Positions 17,649 through 24,757 of a DNA stretch of 24,757 bases are shown here, piece by piece. The notes under the pieces were generated by a model. The model searched no databases, was not told the DNA's origin, and saw nothing but the letters and a program-made list of their open reading frames with translations. Position 1 is the first letter of the stretch, and every line of letters begins with the position of its first letter. The position numbers and the translations under genes were made by a program. Source of the DNA: a virus (lineage: Duplodnaviria > Caudoviricetes); the IMG/VR virus record IMGVR_UViG_3300030095_002321, positions 1-24,757 of that record; one strand, 5' to 3'.

Positions 17649-20600
17649 ATGAACGAAGAATATTTACAAGACTTACATAAATATTTAAATATAGAAGCGG
17701 ATTACAATGAATGGAAAGATTCTATTGTAAATGATGAAGAATATTTAAAAGGTCTTCATGGCTATTTAAAAGTAGAAGCTGACTATAATGACTGGGCTGG
17801 TGAAGTTTTTGGAACTGAAACAATTACTGAGACTACAGAAGCTCCAGCAGTGGAAGATACGGAGTTAGTTTCGGAAGATATTTCTTTGGATGGACAACCT
17901 GAGTGGGAACCAAAAGTATTTACAAGTGAGGGAGAAGTAGATACAGCTTATTATGAGGATTTAGGTATGATGGAGGTTGAAAAACAAAATTATAATACCT
18001 GGAAAGAAAATCAATATAACAAAGCTGAACAAGATTTTTACACAACTGGAACAGAAGTAGCATTTACAAAGCCGTCTGACATAGCTAATAAATTAGAAAA
18101 CATAAAACAAATTAATTTAGAAGTTGAAAATAAACTTAAAAGTTTGGATTTCTCTAAAGCTAAAGATGAAAAAGATGTTATTGCAGATGTTGATCTAGCA
18201 AAACAAGATTTAATATTAAAAGACCCTGTACTAAAAGAACAAATAACTAAAACTTCTGAGATATTAAATAAACAACTTGAAAGAGATGTTAAAAAAATAA
18301 CAGATAAGTTTAATCTTGATATGAATACTGTTGCTCAAGATCTTTCTACTAAATATGATCTATCTAACGCAGATCAAGTTGAATTAGCTAATAAAGAGCT
18401 TGATAAAATTAGAAATGAAAGATTAGCTAAAGCACAACCAGAGTTAGATGAATTAAATAAACAATACGAATCATTTAGAGCTGGAGCTTTAGATAGAATG
18501 CAAGAGTCTCCTATATTTAAAAATAGAGTACAATTAATTAACGAAAGTTTAAACGAACAAGCTACACCTTACTTGAGAGAGTGGAAAATAAATAATTTAG
18601 AAGGTTTTGGAAGTTTATTAAAATATGTTGACAATACACCCCTAGCTCAATTTATAGCGGGTAGTGAACAAATAGGTCAATCTTTTGAAGCTGCTAAAAT
18701 ATCTTTAAAACAGTTAGGTGTAAATAAAATAAAACAACAAATAGATGAAGCTAACGCTTCTAATAGTGGGTTAGGTATAAAAGATGATCAAACTGTTTAT
18801 GTTTACCCTGATGGAGCTATAGATTTTGATAAAAGTGGTATTAAACGACCTGCATTTATGACACAAGCACCTTCAACTCCTAGAGAAGGTAAATTTGATA
18901 TTACCGGCAAGTTGATAACGGAAAGACAAGGAGTTTTTGGCGAAGTTTCTAGTAAGCCTATGACCTTTGCTGATTATAAAAAAATGCAAAAAACTAAAAA
19001 ACAAGAGTTTTCTGAAGGTATAAAAGTAAACTTAGAAGAGATAAAAGCTTTTGATGATGTATTAAGCTTAGTTGAGCAGCCGGAGTTTTTAGATGAAGAT
19101 GGTGCCACTACTATGGATGTTATTAATACTGTTTTTAGAATGTCTCCTCAATTAGGTATTAGTATTGGTGGTGGTTTACTAACTCCAGCTACTGGAGGTT
19201 CTTCATTAGTAGCTTCTACTGTTTTAATGTTTGGTCAAGAATATGGTAGTAATTATTGGGAAGCTTTAAAAACAGGTTTAAGAGAAGAAATAAAAGAAAA
19301 AGAAGGAGTAGAAAGAGAACCAACTAATGACGAAATAGTAGATGCTTTAATTAATAATAAATACCAAGCGCAAGGCGAAGCCGCTGGGTGGAGTGCTGTT
19401 TCTTCATTGTTAGAGCAAGGTACAGCTTTAAGAGGTGCAAAATCCCTAAAAGGATTAAATAATTCTATGCTTAATCTTTCTAAAAAATTAGGTTACAAAG
19501 ATATAAAAGACATGTTAATTAAAACTGGTAAAAGCGATTTTAACGACATGTTAAAAGGAGGAGGCCAGTTATTAATAAAATATGGTAAAGGCGGTATAAA
19601 TGAATTTTTTACAGAAGGCGCTCAAGCTTTAACCAATCAAGCAGCCGTATCTCAAGCATTAGGTGGTACTGCTGTAGACAGAATAGATGTTAAAAATACT
19701 TTAGAAGAAGGTATAGCTGGTGGGGTTATGGGTATAGTGCTACCTGGTATCCCAGGAATGGTAAAAGGAGGAGCTAATTTTATAAGACAAACAGCTTACA
19801 AAGCTTCAATAGGAAATGTTGAAGCTAAAAAGTTTGATAAATTTTTTAAAGATGCTGCTTTATCTTTGCAAGATTTGTATGATAATGGTAAAATAACTCA
19901 AGAACAATACCAACAACAATCACAAGAAGTAGCTAATTTAAAAAATTCTGCATTAAAAATACCTAAAAACTTTGGACCTAAAGCTAGGCAAAAATCTTTA
20001 GATTTAATGTTAGAAAGACAAAAGCTTCAAACAAAGATAAAAAATGAAGATGAAGCTTTTACTGGTCCAGCTAAACAAAGGGTTGTAGAAATAAACAAAG
20101 AACTTGGTAATATACAGTCTGTAGAAAGCGCTACTAGAGCAGCTGTTAAAGCTGTTGAAAAAGCTGATATTGATTTAAATGTAATAGAGCTAGATACTGA
20201 AGCCGATGTAGAAAATTATCTTAAAGAAAATACAAATATGGCGGCTTCTAAAGCTAAAGAAGCTGGTAAGCAAAGAGGATTTATACTTGAAGATGGTAAA
20301 ACTATTATTATAAATAAAGATGTAGCTTCTAAAGAAGGTGCTGTAACTACAGCTGGCCATGAAATACTACATGGTATTTTGTTTAATACACTTAACAAAG
20401 GTGATGAAAGTGCTTTTGCTTTAGCTAATGCTATTAAAATGCAATTAAGTAATATTAGCACTGAAGACTTTAAAAACTCAGATCTTGCTGCTAGAATAGA
20501 ACAATATAAAGCAGATCCTGATATTAATGAAGCTACAAAAGCTGAAGAAGTATTAACATTATTTTCTGAGGCAATAGCCACTGGTGATATTAAATTTGAA

Positions 20601-23600
20601 GAAGGAGTATTTACTAAATTAAAAGACTTTGTTAGACGTATATTACAAAATGCTGGTTTTAGTAATATAGATTTTAATGATAGTAAAGATGTATATAACT
20701 TTATAAAAGACTATAATAAATCTGTAAGTAAAGGTAAATTTACTAAAGCTCAAGTTAAAGCAGCTAAAGAAGGAGTTGTTGTAAGTGAAAGATTAAAAGA
20801 TAGAGTTAAAGATGTAGCTGAAAAAGGAGTTGACGAGACTATACTTAAGTTTTCTAAATCTGAAGTAACAGACTTAGCTAAGCAATATAAGAAAGATCCA
20901 GCTAATACAGACGTAGAGGAATTAATAAAGCAATATGATAATGTAGCTTTAAAAGCTTTAGGATATGATATATCTAAAGGAACTATCGCTCCAGAAGAAG
21001 CTATATCATTTGTTAATAAAGAGTTTGATAGTATATTAAGAAGGTATGATGGATCAACAGAATTTTCTACTTGGGTTAATTCTAATATAAGACCTAAACG
21101 TCAAGCGTTTTATGATGAACAAATAGGTAAACAAGCAGAGACAACTAGTATTGACTCAGAGCAAGCTAGACAAGTTGTAGGTGATTCAGATATTACAACT
21201 GATGATAGGACTGAAAAAGAAATAAGACAAGCAGAAAGAAAGATTAAGGTAGCTAAAAGATTAAACTTAGAAGATAAAGCTGTAAAAGAAGTAAGTGATA
21301 AAGTAAAAGATATTGATTTATCTAAAGTTAATTATAAAACTCTTAAAAACTTAGCTAATGAAACTATTGGTGAAGCATTTGGTATATCACCTAAGAAAAT
21401 ATTAAGTAATGCTAATTTAACTAAAAGTGAAATAGCTAGCGCTCAAAGATATATAAAAAATAATATTGATTTATTAAAAGCTTTATTACCTGATGGCTAT
21501 AACAAAGATTTTAAATCTACTGGTGTTCCTAAAGTATTACTTGATAAGTTTTATAACAAGCGTAGTGTAAGAGCTAAGACAGGTGCTGGATTAAATGTAC
21601 AAATAAAAAAACCTAATATTACAGATAAAGAATTTCTAGAAGTATTTGGATTTGTAGATGGTAAACCAACTAGAGATGATAGAAATATATCTGCTAGAAT
21701 AATTGCTTTAGCTAATCAAACTGGTAAAGCTATAACTAATCAAACTGTTAGAGAGCAATTACAAAAAGAAGGTATGCCTGAATCTGCTTTACAAGATATT
21801 AAAAGTGGTACGCCAACTGCTATGTTTAGTTTATCTAAGGTAAAAAACGAACTTGACAAAATTAATAAATCTAAAAATAAAGACAAAAAATCTGGTAAAG
21901 AAGAGCTAGATCTAATTGTCGATGCTCAAGGTTTAGCAAACGTACGTGGTGATGTTAACACTTTAAGATCTGTAATGTTAATGGTTGCTGATAAAGCTAA
22001 AAAATTTGGATTAGATGGTATTAATAAAATTTTAATGCCTGGTAATTTAACTTCTGGTAATAGAGTCGATTTATTAAGAAGGTTTGGTTTTAATGTAATA
22101 TCTAATCCAGAAAAAATTAAAGATACAAAATTAAAAAAAGAAGCTTATGAAGCTATAGAAAAAGGAGAGTTTTTAAATTTAAGTTCAGTATTAAAAGAAG
22201 TTACTAAAGGCGTTGATAAAATTAAAAATGAAAATGTAGATGCAATTAAAGTTGCACTAGCAGCTAAAAGTGGTGAAGCTGCTAGAAGAAATGCAAGTAG
22301 AAAAAAACAACACGACAAAGGAGTTAAGTTAAATACTAATTTAGAATTAGATATATTTTTAGAAAGTGCAGAAGGAGAAGCTTTTATAAGATTGATTGGT
22401 CATAATGATAAGTTAAATAAAAACGCAAGTAGAAATCAAGCTTTACCTAATTCTGTTGAAGTAGGTGCTACAGTAAATGGTAAAAGAAGATCTGAAACTA
22501 CCGACGAACATCAATGGCAAGCTAATGAGTGGGTTAAAGGTAAGCTAAAATTGTTTAAAAATATAAAAAATAACATAGGAACTAAGCAAGAAAAAATAGC
22601 TAGAAAAGCTCTTGATTTATACTTAGATTTTAGTAAAGATAACTATACTCAATTTTTATTAAAAAACGAAACAGATATTATAAAAGGCGATTTAGTTAAT
22701 GATAAAGGTAAAGTATGGAAAAGATCTGATCGTACTTTACATCCAGTTTTTAAAGAAAAACTAAATAATTTTATAGAATTAGCTAGCAAAAAAGAAACAA
22801 CAGAAGAACAATTACAAAAAGCTTTTAATGAAATACCTTCAGCTGATATAAGATATTTTAGTGATTATGGATATGTTAATCCTAACTTTATTAGAACTTA
22901 TAAAGCTGATGGTAGCTACACAACTAAAGCTGAAGAGTATAACGTTGTTGTTCCTAATAAATTTAAAAATGATCCTAATGTTATTATACAACAAGGTAAA
23001 ATAATAGAATCAATTATACTTACTGAAGCTGGTATATTAACAGGTGCTAATGCTGTAACTAAAGCTGATGCAAAACAGTTAATTAATGAAAATTTAAAAA
23101 TAGCTTCAAGTCAATTAAAAGCTAGTAAAAGTACTAATAAAATTCTTGCAGACTCTAAAGTATTAGATGTAAAAGGAAATTTAAGTATGCAGGATTTGTT
23201 AAATAAAGCTGCTAGTATAGATGAAGCTTTAAATATTGCTAGAGATTTTAACGCTCCTGTTAAAAAAATTAGAGTATTTGATTTTGATGATACATTAGCA
23301 ACTACTAAATCTAATGTTTTATTTACAGCGCCTGATGGAACAGAAGGTAGCTTAACTGCAGAAGAGTTTGCTACTAAAGGTAAAGACTTACTAGATCAAG
23401 GTTATGTATTTGATTTTACTGAATTTGATAAAGTAACTAAAGGTAAACCTGGTCCACTATTAGAAGTAGCCAAAAAAATACAAGCAGCAAGAGGTACTGA
23501 AGACGTATTTGTATTAACAGCAAGAGCACCTGAAGCTGCTATAGCTATTAAAGAATTTTTAGATAGTCAAGGATTAAATATACCATTAAAAAATATAACT

Positions 23601-24757
23601 GGTTTAGGTAACTCTACAGGTGAAGCTAAAGCTAATTGGATGATAGATAAAGCGGCTGAGGGCTATAATGATTTTTATTTTGCTGATGATGCATATCAAA
23701 ATGTTAAATCAGTTAGAGATGTAATGTCTGTAATAGATGTTAAGTCTAAAACACAGCAAGCTAAATTTTCTTTATCTAAAGATTTATCTAAAGATTTTAA
23801 CAACTTAATAGAAGAATCTACAGGCATTGGTGCAGAAAAAGTTTTTTCAGATGTTAAAGCAAAATTAAGAGGAGGAAAAAAGAAAGGTCAAAGATTTTTT
23901 ATACCACCATCCGCTGAAGATATGTTAGGTTTAGTATATACGACTTTAGGTAAAGGTAAAAAAGGTGAAGCTCATATGAGATTTTATCAAGAAAATTTAT
24001 TTGACCCTTACACTAGAGCTATGGAAAATTTATCAACTGATAGAGTGAATTTAATGGCTGATTTTAAAGCTCTTAAAAAAGAATTAGACGTACCTAAAGA
24101 TTTACAAAAAACTACTGAATCAGGATTTACTAACGAACAAGCAGTGAGAGTTTACCTTTGGAACAAGGCAGGAGAAAAAATACCTGGGTTATCAAAAACC
24201 GATTTAAAAGAGTTAAGTGATATAGTAGAGAACAACCCCAAGTTAAAAATATTTGCTGAACAAATAATGTCTATAACTAAAGGTGATGGTTATTCAAAAC
24301 CTAAAGATGCTTGGGCTATAGGAACTATAACAACGGATCTAGTAGATATATTAAACACTACTAAACGTGGGAAGTATTTAGAAACATGGAATCAAAATGT
24401 AGATCAAATATATTCTAAAGACAACTTAAACAAGCTAGAAGCTGCTTACGGTAGAAAATATAGAGATGCTGTTGAAAACAGTTTAGAACGTATGAAATCT
24501 GGTAGTAACAGACTTAAAGGTGGTAATAAACTTAGTAACGACGTTTTAGATTATATAAATAATTCTACCGCTGTAACTATGTTTGTTAATGTTAGATCAG
24601 CATTACTTCAGACTATATCATCAGCTAACTTTATTAACTGGAGCTTTAATAATCCATTTAAAGCAGGTAAAGCTTTTGCGAACCAACCTCAGTATTGGAA
24701 AGATTTTACTAAATTAATGAACTCAGATTATTTAGTAGATAGACGTAATGGACTTAA
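17649..24757 (+). CDS. Giant multidomain (polyvalent) virion/ejection protein, over 2369 aa, 3'-truncated; absent from the supplied ORF track
   Basis: ATG at 17649, 6 nt after the previous stop, with A at -3. Hand translation gives no stop up to the window end (...MNSDYLVDRRNGL). Contains HEILH, FSTW, an HTH-like segment and HAD motifs I-IV. Confidence 0.93.
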   Translation, partial: MNEEYLQDLHKYLNIEADYNEWKDSIVNDEEYLKGLHGYLKVEADYNDWAGEVFGTETITETTEAPAVEDTELVSEDISLDGQPEWEPKVFTSEGEVDTAYYEDLGMMEVEKQNYNTWKENQYNKAEQDFYTTGTEVAFTKPSDIANKLENIKQINLEVENKLKSLDFSKAKDEKDVIADVDLAKQDLILKDPVLKEQITKTSEILNKQLERDVKKITDKFNLDMNTVAQDLSTKYDLSNADQVELANKELDKIRNERLAKAQPELDELNKQYESFRAGALDRMQESPIFKNRVQLINESLNEQATPYLREWKINNLEGFGSLLKYVDNTPLAQFIAGSEQIGQSFEAAKISLKQLGVNKIKQQIDEANASNSGLGIKDDQTVYVYPDGAIDFDKSGIKRPAFMTQAPSTPREGKFDITGKLITERQGVFGEVSSKPMTFADYKKMQKTKKQEFSEGIKVNLEEIKAFDDVLSLVEQPEFLDEDGATTMDVINTVFRMSPQLGISIGGGLLTPATGGSSLVASTVLMFGQEYGSNYWEALKTGLREEIKEKEGVEREPTNDEIVDALINNKYQAQGEAAGWSAVSSLLEQGTALRGAKSLKGLNNSMLNLSKKLGYKDIKDMLIKTGKSDFNDMLKGGGQLLIKYGKGGINEFFTEGAQALTNQAAVSQALGGTAVDRIDVKNTLEEGIAGGVMGIVLPGIPGMVKGGANFIRQTAYKASIGNVEAKKFDKFFKDAALSLQDLYDNGKITQEQYQQQSQEVANLKNSALKIPKNFGPKARQKSLDLMLERQKLQTKIKNEDEAFTGPAKQRVVEINKELGNIQSVESATRAAVKAVEKADIDLNVIELDTEADVENYLKENTNMAASKAKEAGKQRGFILEDGKTIIINKDVASKEGAVTTAGHEILHGILFNTLNKGDESAFALANAIKMQLSNISTEDFKNSDLAARIEQYKADPDINEATKAEEVLTLFSEAIATGDIKFEEGVFTKLKDFVRRILQNAGFSNIDFNDSKDVYNFIKDYNKSVSKGKFTKAQVKAAKEGVVVSERLKDRVKDVAEKGVDETILKFSKSEVTDLAKQYKKDPANTDVEELIKQYDNVALKALGYDISKGTIAPEEAISFVNKEFDSILRRYDGSTEFSTWVNSNIRPKRQAFYDEQIGKQAETTSIDSEQARQVVGDSDITTDDRTEKEIRQAERKIKVAKRLNLEDKAVKEVSDKVKDIDLSKVNYKTLKNLANETIGEAFGISPKKILSNANLTKSEIASAQRYIKNNIDLLKALLPDGYNKDFKSTGVPKVLLDKFYNKRSVRAKTGAGLNVQIKKPNITDKEFLEVFGFVDGKPTRDDRNISARIIALANQTGKAITNQTVREQLQKEGMPESALQDIKSGTPTAMFSLSKVKNELDKINKSKNKDKKSGKEELDLIVDAQGLANVRGDVNTLRSVMLMVADKAKKFGLDGINKILMPGNLTSGNRVDLLRRFGFNVISNPEKIKDTKLKKEAYEAIEKGEFLNLSSVLKEVTKGVDKIKNENVDAIKVALAAKSGEAARRNASRKKQHDKGVKLNTNLELDIFLESAEGEAFIRLIGHNDKLNKNASRNQALPNSVEVGATVNGKRRSETTDEHQWQANEWVKGKLKLFKNIKNNIGTKQEKIARKALDLYLDFSKDNYTQFLLKNETDIIKGDLVNDKGKVWKRSDRTLHPVFKEKLNNFIELASKKETTEEQLQKAFNEIPSADIRYFSDYGYVNPNFIRTYKADGSYTTKAEEYNVVVPNKFKNDPNVIIQQGKIIESIILTEAGILTGANAVTKADAKQLINENLKIASSQLKASKSTNKILADSKVLDVKGNLSMQDLLNKAASIDEALNIARDFNAPVKKIRVFDFDDTLATTKSNVLFTAPDGTEGSLTAEEFATKGKDLLDQGYVFDFTEFDKVTKGKPGPLLEVAKKIQAARGTEDVFVLTARAPEAAIAIKEFLDSQGLNIPLKNITGLGNSTGEAKANWMIDKAAEGYNDFYFADDAYQNVKSVRDVMSVIDVKSKTQQAKFSLSKDLSKDFNNLIEESTGIGAEKVFSDVKAKLRGGKKKGQRFFIPPSAEDMLGLVYTTLGKGKKGEAHMRFYQENLFDPYTRAMENLSTDRVNLMADFKALKKELDVPKDLQKTTESGFTNEQAVRVYLWNKAGEKIPGLSKTDLKELSDIVENNPKLKIFAEQIMSITKGDGYSKPKDAWAIGTITTDLVDILNTTKRGKYLETWNQNVDQIYSKDNLNKLEAAYGRKYRDAVENSLERMKSGSNRLKGGNKLSNDVLDYINNSTAVTMFVNVRSALLQTISSANFINWSFNNPFKAGKAFANQPQYWKDFTKLMNSDYLVDRRNGL
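17652..17813 (+). repeat. Two tandem 27-aa (81-nt) repeats at the N-terminus of the giant protein
   Basis: NEEYLQDLHKYLNIEADYNEWKDSIVN / DEEYLKGLHGYLKVEADYNDWAGEVFG. Confidence 0.85.
20160..20720 (+). other. Zincin-like metallopeptidase domain within the giant protein
   Basis: QRGFILEDGKTIIINKD strand pair, TAGHEILHGIL (HExxH at 20358-20372, H904-H908) and downstream KAEEVLTLFSE helix (20544) as candidate third ligand. Boundaries approximate. Confidence 0.78.
20910..21410 (+). other. Sigma70-family-like module within the giant protein
   Basis: ILRRYDGSTEFSTWVNSNIRPKR resembles region 2.3-2.4 (FSTW at 21063-21074). LANETIGEAFGISPKKILSN resembles the region 4.2 HTH (21351-21410). Confidence 0.5.
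23262..23730 (+). other. HAD-superfamily phosphatase domain within the giant protein
   Basis: Motif I IRVFDFDDTL (23268-23297), motif II VFVLTAR (23505-23525), motif III K in EAKANW (23628), motif IV FYFADDAYQN (23673-23702). Confidence 0.85.

Larger units (their letters stand above)
1..24757 (+). mobile_element. Tailed dsDNA phage virion morphogenesis module (podovirus-like, crAss-like/Flavobacteriia-phage-type gene order)
   Basis: Tightly packed co-directional genes in the order terminase-portal-scaffold-MCP-adaptors-nozzle-ejection proteins. No tape measure, sheath, host genes or integrase in the window. All 12 complete stops are TAA. Confidence 0.93.

Noticed and set aside
1020-20581. 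All minus-strand ORFs in the track (1020, 3786, 4189, 5674, 10760, 11107, 12062, 12596, 15072, 20216)
   Set aside because: Short antisense shadows of long + strand genes, with composition explained by the sense-strand codon bias. No motifs recognised.
17649-24757. Giant ORF as a crAss-type virion RNA polymerase
   Set aside because: No DxDxD (DFDID/DFDGD) catalytic loop seen in the visible part. DFDDT at 23280 has full HAD context and DFDK at 18822 lacks the third Asp. The unseen C-terminus cannot be judged.
1-24757. Stop-codon reassignment as in some crAss-like phages
   Set aside because: Genes tile the window fully under the standard code with no in-frame TAG/TGA interruptions. Exclusive TAA use fits the low GC.
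1-24757. CRISPR array, tRNA, intron/intein, integrase or DGR
   Set aside because: Intergenic gaps are all short (about 60 nt or less). No spaced direct repeats, cloverleafs, intein termini, or recombinase/reverse-transcriptase motifs were seen.

Overview
The whole window is the + strand morphogenesis module of an AT-rich, podovirus-like dsDNA phage. Gene order and motifs resemble crAss-like/marine Flavobacteriia phages, and the Shine-Dalgarno-less, A-rich starts point to a Bacteroidota host. Order: terminase large subunit (5'-truncated), portal, scaffold, major capsid protein, small capsid-associated protein, terminator, conserved virion protein, terminator, two ring/adaptor proteins, a tail nozzle/muzzle protein apparently split into two genes, then three putative ejection proteins. 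The main result is a giant ORF missing from the supplied track (17649 to beyond 24757, over 2369 aa, hand-translated with no stop). It reads as a polyvalent protein: N-terminal tandem repeat, Gly-rich hydrophobic helices, a HExxH zincin protease, a sigma70-like module (region 2-like plus region 4-like HTH), an unknown module, a complete HAD phosphatase and a helical C-terminal region. Modules are separated by a recurring (K/M)FS(L/K)S linker, suggesting a virion-injected, self-processing polyprotein that delivers a sigma factor and a phosphatase. The preceding gene carries a lysozyme-like C-terminal domain behind an A11 tract that could switch it on or off. All assignments come from motif recognition by eye; no searches were run.
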